DNA of 64,000 nt, taken from NCBI GenBank assembly GCA_037189525.1, contig JBBCJC010000005.1, positions 928,001-992,000 on the forward strand, in the 5' to 3' direction. The translations under genes and the position numbers were made by a program. The notes under the pieces are model-generated. The model did no database searches. It was not told the origin of the DNA and was given only the letters and a program-made list of their open reading frames with translations. How positions within the stretch are numbered: position 1 is the stretch's first letter; each line of letters opens with the position of its first letter. The stretch comes from Gemmatimonadales bacterium. GTDB taxonomy: Bacteria > Gemmatimonadota > Gemmatimonadetes > Gemmatimonadales > GWC2-71-9. Shown here piece after piece: positions 38,030 through 49,102 of the stretch.

Positions 38030-38890
38030 ATGAATCCGGCCCGGACCGCGGGACTCACTGCGCTTGCCCTCACGGCGTTTGCCGCCAACTCGGTGCTCTG
38101 CCGCCTGGCGCTGGCCGAACCGGTCATCGACCCCGGCACGTTTACCGCCATCCGCCTCGCTGCCGGTGCGCTCACGCTCGGTGCGCTGGTTCGGCTCCGC
38201 GCCGAGCGTCCGACATCCGCACGACCGACATGGCGCCCTGCCGTCCTCCTGTTTCTCTACGCCGTTCCCTTCTCCTTCGCATATGTCAGCCTGAGCACCG
38301 GCACCGGCGCGCTCCTTCTCTTCGGCAGCGTACAGGTCACCATGATCGTGGCCAGCCTGCACCGCGAAGGACACCCGCGGCCGGGCCAGTGGTTGGGACT
38401 GCTCATCGCGTTCGGCGGACTCGTCTACCTGCTGCTACCCGGCGTAACCGCACCATCCCTGTCGGGCGCGGCCCTCATGATGATTGCCGGCATGGCGTGG
38501 GGGTTCTACTCGCTTGCCGGGCGCGGCTCGCCCGATCCGCTCGCGCAGACGGCGACCAACTTCGGCCGGACCATTCCGATGGCGGCAATCCTGTTGCTGC
38601 TGACCTGGAGCGGCGGAGGGATCGAAGGGCGAGGCGTGTTGCTGGCCGTCATCTCCGGGGCGTTGGCATCGGGGATCGGATACGTCCTCTGGTACCAGGC
38701 GCTCGGAGGGCTTTCCGGTATGACGGCAGCGATCGTCCAGCTGATCGTACCGGTCATTGCGGCCGCTGGAGGCACCGCCCTTCTCGGCGAGCCGGTCACC
38801 CTCCGGCTCGGCCTGGCGGGCGCACTCGTGTTGGGAGGTATCGGACTCGCGCTCCGAACCAGCCTCCGCCAGGCGCGCACGACTCGATAG
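38030..38890 (+). CDS. DMT/EamA family transporter
   Basis: AFAANSVLCRLAL; about 10 TM helices in two repeats; LLGEP. Confidence 0.88.
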   Translation: MNPARTAGLTALALTAFAANSVLCRLALAEPVIDPGTFTAIRLAAGALTLGALVRLRAERPTSARPTWRPAVLLFLYAVPFSFAYVSLSTGTGALLLFGSVQVTMIVASLHREGHPRPGQWLGLLIAFGGLVYLLLPGVTAPSLSGAALMMIAGMAWGFYSLAGRGSPDPLAQTATNFGRTIPMAAILLLLTWSGGGIEGRGVLLAVISGALASGIGYVLWYQALGGLSGMTAAIVQLIVPVIAAAGGTALLGEPVTLRLGLAGALVLGGIGLALRTSLRQARTTR

Positions 38891-38899
38891 CGCGGCCGA

Positions 38900-39244
38900 T
38901 CAGACCAACGGCACGTAGAAGTACGATTTCCGCTCCCAGATGGCGCCGTCCTTGAAGCGATAGCAGTCGGCAAAGGCGATGTCGACCGGAGTTCCATCCA
39001 GCTTGGCGCCGACGAAGCGGCCCCAGGACGCGCCGACATCGCCGTCGATCACCATGGCTTCGAATCGGTGCTCGCCGCGGATGGCTCGGACCCTCCGATA
39101 GAAGTCGAGCACGGCCTCGCGGCCTTCCAGCAGCGGAAAGCCGGGGCGATCGTACGTCATCTCGGGATGAAAGTAGGGCGGCAGCGCGTCCCAGTCCGTC
39201 GCGTCGATGGTCCGGAACATCGCTTCGAGATCACTTCGTGTCAT
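38900..39244 (-). CDS. SnoaL-like / NTF2 family protein
   Basis: FRTIDATDWD..YDRPG..EGREAVLDFY..FADCYRF; ATGA overlap with tetR. Confidence 0.85.
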   Translation of the reverse strand: MTRSDLEAMFRTIDATDWDALPPYFHPEMTYDRPGFPLLEGREAVLDFYRRVRAIRGEHRFEAMVIDGDVGASWGRFVGAKLDGTPVDIAFADCYRFKDGAIWERKSYFYVPLV

Positions 39245-39873
39245 TGTTTCCCCCGGATACTGCCGCGCTCAGAGGGCGGCAGCATTCCATACAGAACATG
39301 ATCGGCAAAGGCGTCGGCCAGTTCGGTCGGCGACAGCGTACCCGCTTCGGAGTACCACTGCGGCACCCAGTTGACAGCGCCAAGAATGAACAGCCTCGCA
39401 ACGCGAACGTCGAGGTCGGGCGAGAGCCGGCCGGAATCGATGGCCCGGCGAATCAGCCCGGTCCACAGCGCGTCGTAACGATCCCGCAGCCGCGTCATCC
39501 GTTCGCGCGCGCTGCCCTCCAGCTGCCGGGTTTCGTAGAGCAGTACGTAGGTTCCGTGATCGTTACCGACCAGCCTGATCACGTGCGCACGAAGCGCATG
39601 ACGGAGCGCCTCGATCGGATCGTCCGACTCCTCCATTGCCTCACGGAATCCGGACTCCATGATGGCGATACCGCGTTCCATCAACGCAAGCAGCACCGCT
39701 TCTTTGGTGCGAAACCGGTAGTGCAGGCTGCCCGGCCAGACTCCAGCGGCGTCGGCGATATCGCGAATCGTCGTGGCCGCGTAGCCTTTGAGACGAAAGA
39801 GCCGCCCCGCAGCATCGAGCACCGACGCCGCGAGATCCGACCCATCGCGTTGCACCGCTGGAACCTTGACCAT
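39241..39873 (-). CDS. TetR/AcrR family regulator (KstR2-like)
   Basis: AAGRLFRLKGYAATTIRDIA..GSLHYRFRTKE; GAVNWVPQWY; ATG 39873 directly after a promoter. Confidence 0.9.
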   Translation of the reverse strand: MVKVPAVQRDGSDLAASVLDAAGRLFRLKGYAATTIRDIADAAGVWPGSLHYRFRTKEAVLLALMERGIAIMESGFREAMEESDDPIEALRHALRAHVIRLVGNDHGTYVLLYETRQLEGSARERMTRLRDRYDALWTGLIRRAIDSGRLSPDLDVRVARLFILGAVNWVPQWYSEAGTLSPTELADAFADHVLYGMLPPSERGSIRGKQ

Positions 39874-39879
39874 CCGGCC

Positions 39880-39908
39880 AATCTCGGGAGGCCTCGATAT
39901 CCTGTCAA
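39880..39908 (-). promoter_or_regulatory. sigma70-like promoter for tetR-snoaL (probably leaderless)
   Basis: TTGACA (39908-39903)-17 nt-GAGATT (39885-39880), 6 nt before ATG. Confidence 0.5.
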
Positions 39909-40016
39909 CACCAGCACGACGGGCCACTCGGAGACTCTGCGCCGGCAGCGAAAGAGCAGCCCCCTATTGACAGGGTAGCTGAACGTTAGATTGTTCGGTC
40001 ACAGGAGATCCCTCCC

Positions 40017-41875
<1,859 letters not shown>

Positions 41876-41879
<4 letters not shown>

Positions 41880-42880
41880 CCACGACACCACTGACGGTCA
41901 AGGACTACGCCTCCAACCAGGAAGTGCGCTGGTGCCCGGGATGCGGTGACTACGCCATCCTCAAAGCCGTCACCAAGACCCTGGCCGATCTGCAGCTCCC
42001 GCGCGAGCAGACCGTGTTCGTATCGGGCATCGGCTGCGCATCGCGCTTTCCGTACTACGTGTCCACCTATGGGTTTCATACCATCCACGGACGCGCCCCT
42101 GCCATCGCTACGGGCATCAAGCTCGCGAATCCGGCCCTCGATATCTGGGTGGTGATGGGTGACGGTGACAGCCTGTCGATCGGCGGCAACCACACGATGC
42201 ACGTGCTGCGCCGCAACGTCGACCTGACGTTGCTCCTCTTCAACAACGAGATCTACGGCCTGACCAAAGGACAGGCCTCGCCGACCTCCCGGCAGGGCAC
42301 GCGGTCGCCGTCGACACCGCGCGGCTCGATCGACACGCCGATTGCGCCGGGGGCGTTTGCCCTGGGCGCCGGCGCTCGTTTCTTTGCGCGCGGGGTCGAC
42401 GTTCAGCAAGCGCAGCTGGTCGATGCGATGACGCGCGCGCATGCGCACCGCGGCGCGGCGCTGGTCGAGATCTTCCAGAACTGTGTCGTCTTCAACGACG
42501 GCGTCTTCGACGAATTCACCGCTCGCCCCGTGGTCGACGACAATCAACTTTACGTTCGGCACGGCCAGCCGCTCCGTTTCGGCAAAGGCGGGGTGCGCGG
42601 CCTTCGGGTCCGGCCTGGGACACTCACGCTCGAAGTGGTCACGCCAGGTGAGGACGGGGTCACCGACGACGATATCCTGGTTCACGACGAGAAGGATCTG
42701 ACCCTGGCCCAGATGCTGGTCCAGCTCAAGCCCCCGGTGTTTCCGGTGGCCGTCGGGGTGATCTACGATCATCCGGCCCCGACCTACGAGGCGGAATTGA
42801 TGGCCGAAGTCGAACGTGAACTCGCGCACGGCCACGATTTCGCCGCGCTGCTCGCCAGCGGCCAGACGTGGGAGCGGTAG
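41876..42880 (+). CDS. korB: 2-oxoacid:ferredoxin oxidoreductase beta subunit
   Basis: WCPGCGD, SGIGC, HGRA, GDGD, NNEIYGLTKGQASPT. Confidence 0.95.
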
Positions 42881-42942
42881 GCACGGCTGGTACGCAGGAG
42901 GCGTTGCAGGTCCACGCGGTTCACGCTGGGCGTGGCCGCCCC

Positions 42943-44154
42943 ATGACGGAGTACATCGTGATCTCGAAAACATCCCGCGCGCTCGCGATCGGCATGCTGC
43001 TTACCGCCTGCGGTGAGGCGCCGGCTCCATCGTATCAGGTCCGTGACAGCGCCGGCGTACCGATCGCGGAGAATACCGCCCCTTCGGGCCCGACGCTGGT
43101 CCTCGACTCCGTTCCGGTCTTCGACATCGGCCCTGCCACGGGCTCCGACGCAGAGTTCATCAGTCATGTCACGGCCGCCCGGCTTCCCAACGGTCGGATC
43201 ATCGCTAACGGCTGGGCAATGAAGGAGATCAAGCTCTTCGACTCGGCGGGACGCTGGCTCCGCACCGTGGGTCGGCAGGGGGGCGGCCCCGGCGAGTTCG
43301 AGGCTCTCGGGTTTGTCTTCAGCGACGACGCCGGCACGCTCGTGACCTACGAGCCCTTCGCCCAGCGGATCCAGCGCTGGACGGATAATGCCGAGATCAC
43401 TTCGCTCACCCTGCTCACCTCGCCGCCGGGCCGCCCGACGGCGTGGGTCGAAGGGGTCGCTGAGGGCGGCGGCCTCGTCGTCCGCACCTCCGTCCCCGGC
43501 GTGGGGCCGGTCACCGACATCTCACTCCGCAACGTCGTCTCGGTCTTTCTGGTCCCCCCGGACGGCGGCACCTGGGATTCGCTCTTTGCGTATCAAGGGC
43601 CGACGATCATCCATCGACCCGGCAATCCGGGCTGGCAGCTCGGTCCGGCGCTCTTCGAGCCCCAGCCGGTGATCCGGGCGCGGCGATCCCACATCATCTA
43701 CGCACCTGGCGACCGCTTCGAGATCGAGATCCGCGATGCCGGCGGCAAACTTCGTCGGATCGTGCGGCGGGCGACCGAGCCACGTCCGATCACCACCGCG
43801 GAGTTCGACCGTGCGTTCGACGCGCGAATCGAGGCGACGAGCGAACGGTTTCGCGCCGAGTTTGCGCCCTGGCTCCGTAAGGCCTCGACCGGACGCATCC
43901 GGCCGCCACTCTCAGGCGCCTGGATCACGGAATCCGGCGGCCTCTGGGCCACCCACGGGGACCCTGCGCTCGGCGAACCGGTTCGCGCAAGCGTGTTCGA
44001 TAGTACGGGGCGCTGGCTTTCCGATCTCACGATACCGGCGGACGTCCGCATCCTTCAAGCGGATTCCGACGGCATGCTCGGTACGATCATCGACGATGAC
44101 GGGTTCCACCATCTTCGCTTCTACCGAATCCGGCGCGAAGCCGATGGCCGCTGA
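42943..44154 (+). CDS. 6-bladed beta-propeller lipoprotein
   Basis: LLTAC lipobox, VRDSAGV, FDSAGRWLRTVGRQGGGPGEF. Confidence 0.82.
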   Translation: MTEYIVISKTSRALAIGMLLTACGEAPAPSYQVRDSAGVPIAENTAPSGPTLVLDSVPVFDIGPATGSDAEFISHVTAARLPNGRIIANGWAMKEIKLFDSAGRWLRTVGRQGGGPGEFEALGFVFSDDAGTLVTYEPFAQRIQRWTDNAEITSLTLLTSPPGRPTAWVEGVAEGGGLVVRTSVPGVGPVTDISLRNVVSVFLVPPDGGTWDSLFAYQGPTIIHRPGNPGWQLGPALFEPQPVIRARRSHIIYAPGDRFEIEIRDAGGKLRRIVRRATEPRPITTAEFDRAFDARIEATSERFRAEFAPWLRKASTGRIRPPLSGAWITESGGLWATHGDPALGEPVRASVFDSTGRWLSDLTIPADVRILQADSDGMLGTIIDDDGFHHLRFYRIRREADGR

Positions 44155-44256
44155 CGGTCGGGCCGCCCCTCGAATTCGAGGTCTTCTTCCCCTACTTTCC
44201 GTTGACCGGGCTGCGGCCTCGGTATCGTGCCCGACCTCCCGACGGATGAACCGACC

Positions 44257-45459
44257 ATGAACGCTCGCAGCATCGCCCTGGCCTTCGCCCTCGTTCCAGC
44301 CCTGCTGTCTGCCCAGCGGCCTGGAGGAACCGGGGCCGGGCAGTCGGCGCAGATCAAACCGGGTGAATCCTGCCCACCTGGCATGACGGAAATCCGGCCG
44401 CGCAACTGCCAGGCCCCGACGCTCGAGCCTCCCAGCATCCTCGACTACCGGCCGCGCTCTACCCTGGTTGCCCCGGCGCATCCGGTGCCCCGCGCGAAGT
44501 ATCCGGTCATCGACTATCACGGCCATCCCGGCGCCCTGCTCAATTCGGCCGAAGGGCTGGAACAACTCCGGAGCGCGCTTGACGCGCTCAACGTCCGGGT
44601 GATCGTGTCCGCCAGCAACGCATCGGGTGATGCGCTTGCTCGGCAGGTGGCGCTTGTCAAGGCCACTCCGGCCATGGCGGACCGGGTCCGGATCCTGGCC
44701 GGAATCGATTTTCGCAACGTTGGTCCGGGATGGGCCGAGCGGGCGGTCAAGCAGTTGGAAGCGGATGTGGCGGCGGGCGCCGTCGGGATCGGCGAAATCA
44801 GTAAATCGTTGGGCCTCTCGATCCGCAAGGCCGATGGCAGCCGGCTCAAGATCGACGACCCGGACCTGGATCCGGTTTGGGCCGCCGCGGCGCGCCTCAA
44901 TTTGCCGGTCTTCATCCATGTCGCCGACCCGCAGGAGTTCTGGCAGCCGCTCGACTACAACAACGAACGCTGGCTCGAACTGGCGCTCTTTCCCAATCGC
45001 CGCTATCCGTCCGATCAGTTCCCGAGCTTCGAGCAGCTGGCAACGGAACGCGACAATCTGATCCGCAGGAATCCGAAGACGACCTTCGTCGTGGCCCATC
45101 TCGGCTGGCACGCTGCGGACCTGGGGCATCTCACCAAGCTGATGGACAGTTTCCCCAACATGTATACGGAAGTGGGGGCCGTGTTGTATGACATCGGCCG
45201 GCAGCCGCGCGCCGCCCACGATTTCTTCGTGCGCTTCCAGGACCGGATCCTCTTCGGCAAGGACTCGTTCCAGCCGGAAGAGTATCCCTACTACTGGCGC
45301 GTCTTCGAGACGCGAGACGACTACTTCGATTATTACCGCGACTACCACGCGACCTGGAAACTTTACGGGATCGACCTTCCGGACGAGGTCCTGAAGAAGG
45401 TCTACTACGCCAACGCGCTCCGCATCACGGCCGGGTTGCCGCAGCGAGGCTGGCCCTGA
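44257..45459 (+). CDS. Secreted amidohydrolase_2 family protein
   Basis: VIDYHGH, IHVAD, AHLG, ILFGKD, YYANA; signal peptide. Confidence 0.88.
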   Translation: MNARSIALAFALVPALLSAQRPGGTGAGQSAQIKPGESCPPGMTEIRPRNCQAPTLEPPSILDYRPRSTLVAPAHPVPRAKYPVIDYHGHPGALLNSAEGLEQLRSALDALNVRVIVSASNASGDALARQVALVKATPAMADRVRILAGIDFRNVGPGWAERAVKQLEADVAAGAVGIGEISKSLGLSIRKADGSRLKIDDPDLDPVWAAAARLNLPVFIHVADPQEFWQPLDYNNERWLELALFPNRRYPSDQFPSFEQLATERDNLIRRNPKTTFVVAHLGWHAADLGHLTKLMDSFPNMYTEVGAVLYDIGRQPRAAHDFFVRFQDRILFGKDSFQPEEYPYYWRVFETRDDYFDYYRDYHATWKLYGIDLPDEVLKKVYYANALRITAGLPQRGWP

Positions 45460-45464
45460 CCCCG

Positions 45465-45887
45465 ATGGCGAGCCATACGCACTACCTCTGGTTCACGACC
45501 AGAAAGCGCCAGGAGATCATCGACATCACCGATGAGGTAGCTGCGCAGCTGGAAACCAGCGGGATTCGTGAGGGGTACGCGCTGGTGTCGGCCATGCACA
45601 TCAGCGCGTCGGTCTTCGTCAACGATCACGAGTCGGGCTTGTGGCACGACATCCTGCACTGGCTCGAACATACCGTGGCGCCCTGGGACCCCGAACGCTA
45701 TCGCCACAACGAAACCGGTGAAGACAACGCGGCGGCCCACCTGCGGAGCCTGACCATCGGCCATGAAGTCATCGTGCCGGTTACCGAGGGCAAGCTCGAC
45801 CTCGGCCCGTGGCAGCGCGTGTTCTATGGCGAGTGGGATGGACAGCGACGGAAGCGGGTCATCATCAAGATCCTGGGCGAGCGGTAG
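45465..45887 (+). CDS. yjbQ: YjbQ/UPF0047 family protein
   Basis: [33 protein letters not shown]. Confidence 0.92.
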   Translation: MASHTHYLWFTTRKRQEIIDITDEVAAQLETSGIREGYALVSAMHISASVFVNDHESGLWHDILHWLEHTVAPWDPERYRHNETGEDNAAAHLRSLTIGHEVIVPVTEGKLDLGPWQRVFYGEWDGQRRKRVIIKILGER

Positions 45888-45965
45888 CCAGGTACAGCTC
45901 CGAGTAGCGCTCCAAATGCACAGGTGGTACTATCTCAGATAGCCCCGACTCCGGAGGTACCCCCG

Positions 45966-46367
45966 ATGAAATACACCTCGATCGTGTTGGCTGCCCTGCT
46001 TGCGGGATGTGCGACCGGACCGGATTCCCTCGACCTCGATCTCGAAACCAACCCGTCGCAGTCGATGGGGTCCGATAGCGCGACGATCGAAGCGATTCCC
46101 GGTACAGGCGAGCTCCTCGTTCGCGGCGTCATGATGCTGCCCAGTCCCTGCTTCGGTATCGCCGCGACGGCGACCCGGGATCGGTTTGGATTGGTCGTCG
46201 AGCTCCGCGCCGTCCAGGAACGGAGCGCTTGCTTCGACGTCGTCATTCGCCATGACTACACCGGGGCGATTCGGAGCGTTCCACCGGGGCAGTACCAGGT
46301 CATCGTCAACCATATCCGGAACAAAGAGATCGAACAGGCAGGGACGGCCACGGTATCGTTCCCATAG
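45966..46367 (+). CDS. Hypothetical lipoprotein
   Basis: GGAGG RBS, LLAGC lipobox, PSPC..ACF Cys pair, PPGQYQV. Confidence 0.7.
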   Translation: MKYTSIVLAALLAGCATGPDSLDLDLETNPSQSMGSDSATIEAIPGTGELLVRGVMMLPSPCFGIAATATRDRFGLVVELRAVQERSACFDVVIRHDYTGAIRSVPPGQYQVIVNHIRNKEIEQAGTATVSFP

Positions 46368-46412
46368 CCAGCTCGTTGATGAGGCCGACCTCAGCGCCGT
46401 AAAAAACGATCG

Positions 46413-47147
46413 CTAGGCGGGCAGCCGGTATGCCCGCCGAGTGGCAATCAACTTCGCGTTCCGGAAAGGAATCACCAGCAGCATTCCCGCGATGAAGCCG
46501 CCGGCATGGGCCCAGAAGGCAACCCCGCCGCTCTCCCGCGCCAGCGCCGGAATCCCGCCGACCAGCTGCAGCAGGAACCAGTAGCCCAGCATGAAGACCG
46601 CAGGGACCGCTATACGGGTGATGAAGATGCCCAGGAAGATCAGCATGTGAACCCGAACCCGCGGGTACAGCACGATATACGCTCCCATCACGCCGCTGAT
46701 TGCCCCCGAGGCGCCCACCATCGGGATCACGCTGGCCGGATTCACCGCCATCTGCGCCGCCGCCGCGCCCGCGCCGGTTGCCAGGTAGAACAACAGGAAT
46801 CGGGCGCGCCCCATCGAGTCCTCGACGTTGTTTCCGAAGACCCAGAGAAACCACATGTTCCCGAGCAGGTGCAGCCAGCCCCCATGCAGGAACATCGAGG
46901 TGAGGACGGTGACCCAGCCGACGCCGTCGGTCTGGCAATTCCATTCCCCCATCCTGACGGGTACGCCCGGCGGCACTCGCCCGAGCACCTCCCCCGGAAT
47001 CAGCCCCAGTTCACAGACCGACGCCGAGAGGGCCGGCTCACTGCCCAGGCCCTGCAGCAGAAACCACGACGCGAGGTTGAGACCGATCAGCAGAAAGGTG
47101 ACGATCGGGGTCCGCAGGGTCGGGTTTTCGTCCTTATATGGAAACAT
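46413..47147 (-). CDS. Rhomboid intramembrane serine protease
   Basis: SMFLHGGWLHLLGNM, GASGAISG, AHAGG. Confidence 0.95.
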   Translation of the reverse strand: MFPYKDENPTLRTPIVTFLLIGLNLASWFLLQGLGSEPALSASVCELGLIPGEVLGRVPPGVPVRMGEWNCQTDGVGWVTVLTSMFLHGGWLHLLGNMWFLWVFGNNVEDSMGRARFLLFYLATGAGAAAAQMAVNPASVIPMVGASGAISGVMGAYIVLYPRVRVHMLIFLGIFITRIAVPAVFMLGYWFLLQLVGGIPALARESGGVAFWAHAGGFIAGMLLVIPFRNAKLIATRRAYRLPA

Positions 47148-47265
47148 GCGCGGAATCTACGAGATTCCCGATCCGGTCGCGATCGGTTGGCCTGGTACGG
47201 TACCGTTTACATTTCGACGCGATTTTCGCATTCGCTTTTCCCACGACGTGCCGAACCGAGGAGCC

Positions 47266-48192
47266 ATGTCGCTCGCCCGTTCTCTGCTGCTCAAAGCCGC
47301 CGACAGTCCCTGGCTGGCTGCCCAGATGTCCAAACGCAGCTTCTCGCAGCGAGCCATCAGGAAGTTCATGCCGGGCGAAGCACTGGAGGATGCACTCCAG
47401 GCAGCGGCACTCCTGGGCACCCAGGGCCAGGGTTCGCTTCTGACCCAGTTGGGTGAGGCGCTCTCGAGCCTCGACGCCGCGGCAGGGGTTCGCGACCATT
47501 ACCTCCACGTCTTCGACGAGATCGCCAAACGGGGCCTTCCCTCGTGGGTCTCGATCAAACCGACCCAATTGGGCATCGACCAGTCGCTGCCGACCTGCCG
47601 CGATCATCTGCTGCAGCTGGCGGAGGCCGCGTCGACGAGCGGATCGTCGCTCTGGATCGATATGGAGGACCACAGCTATGTCGATCGCACCCTCGAACTT
47701 TACGCCGAGGTGCGGCAGCGCTATGAGCGCACCGGACTGGCGATCCAGGCCTATCTCTTTCGCACGCCCAAGGACATCGAGACGCTGCTGCCCCTCAAGC
47801 CATGGATCCGCCTGGTGAAGGGCGCCTACCGGGAACCCGCCACAGTGGCCTTTCCCGCCAAGCAGGATGTCGACGCGGCCTACTACGATCTTGCCGTCGG
47901 GCTGCTCGAAGCCGCGAGCGCGCAACAGGCCCTGGCGGTCTTCGGCACCCATGACGTGCCGCTGGTCGAGCGCCTGCGCACCAAAGCAAGGGCCCTGGGC
48001 GCCAGCCACACCGACTACGAGATCCACATGCTGTACGGGATCAAAGCGTCGGACCAGGCCCGTCTGACCCGCGAGGGCGAGACCGTCAAGACGCTGATCA
48101 GCTACGGGCACGCCTGGTTCAAGTGGTACATGCGGCGGTTGGCCGAGCGACCGGCCAACGTGTGGTTCGCGCTCAAGAGTATCGTGGCGTGA
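47266..48192 (+). CDS. Monofunctional proline dehydrogenase
   Basis: SIKPTQLG, WIDME, IQAYL, RLVKGAY, GTHD, MLYG, YMRRLAERP. Confidence 0.93.
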   Translation: MSLARSLLLKAADSPWLAAQMSKRSFSQRAIRKFMPGEALEDALQAAALLGTQGQGSLLTQLGEALSSLDAAAGVRDHYLHVFDEIAKRGLPSWVSIKPTQLGIDQSLPTCRDHLLQLAEAASTSGSSLWIDMEDHSYVDRTLELYAEVRQRYERTGLAIQAYLFRTPKDIETLLPLKPWIRLVKGAYREPATVAFPAKQDVDAAYYDLAVGLLEAASAQQALAVFGTHDVPLVERLRTKARALGASHTDYEIHMLYGIKASDQARLTREGETVKTLISYGHAWFKWYMRRLAERPANVWFALKSIVA

Positions 48193-48710
48193 CCCGTCCC
48201 GAACCCTGGTTGCGCGGTCCGATCGACGGCATCCCCGCACTGCTCCAGCCGGTCGCCCACGCGTTCGTGATGGCCCGCGAAGACATCGATGCCGCGGTGG
48301 CCGGACTAGACCAATCTTGCATCTGGCTCACACCCGGCGGCGGCGCATCGATCGGGTTCCATCTGGCCCATCTGGCGGGCAGCACCGACCGGCTCATGAC
48401 CTACGCACGCGGCGAGGTCCTGTCGGATGCCCAACGCGCGGCGCTGCTGGCCGAGTCGAGCCTGGCCACCTCACGGCCGAGCCTCGAATCGCTCCTGAGC
48501 GGCTGGCACGCCACTCTCGACGCGTCTCTCCGCCAGCTCGCAGGTACCGACGAGGCTACGTTGCTCACCCCGCGAGAGGTTGGACGCGCCAGGCTGCCCT
48601 CCACCGTGCTGGGCTTGCTGTTCCATGCAGCGGAACACGCCTCGCGTCATGTGGGCCAGGTCGTTACCTTGGCACGTGTGGTCCGGGCTCCGGCAACGGA
48701 GCTCGGTTAA
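48189..48710 (+). CDS. DinB family protein
   Basis: PEPWLRG, SIGFHLAHL, HAAEHASRHVGQ; GTGA overlap. Confidence 0.88.
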   Translation: MTRPEPWLRGPIDGIPALLQPVAHAFVMAREDIDAAVAGLDQSCIWLTPGGGASIGFHLAHLAGSTDRLMTYARGEVLSDAQRAALLAESSLATSRPSLESLLSGWHATLDASLRQLAGTDEATLLTPREVGRARLPSTVLGLLFHAAEHASRHVGQVVTLARVVRAPATELG

Positions 48711-48912
48711 AGTGCGCCCTACGCTGGATGCGAAACCAGGATGCCTTGCGCTCTCCACGGCACAGTCGTACGTTTTCTGCATGTCGCACATGATCAGCGG
48801 AGCGCGTGCTCATACCCTGCAGAAGTCGCAGGGAAAGATGCGCTGCTGTCTACCGTCCGCCACAACGGACCTGACGGCTTAGCCGCTGTACTCAGCTTAA
48901 TGCTGTAGCTAC

Positions 48913-48945
48913 GCCCGCGAGCCGTGACGCCGCGGGCTTTTTATT
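48913..48945 (+). terminator. Intrinsic terminator-like hairpin upstream of susC
   Basis: GCCCGCG-11 nt-CGCGGGC followed by TTTTTATT. Confidence 0.55.
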
Positions 48946-49102
48946 CATTTCTCATCATTGCAGGTCATTTCCGAAAGAAAGGGCGCAATTGGAAGGCGAT
49001 GGCTCGAATCTCGTTACCGATCGGTACCCGGCCGTTCGCTCCGTCTTGTGCGGCGCAGAACGGTCGATTAGTCATCTTATCGTCACCAACGGACATCCAG
49101 GT

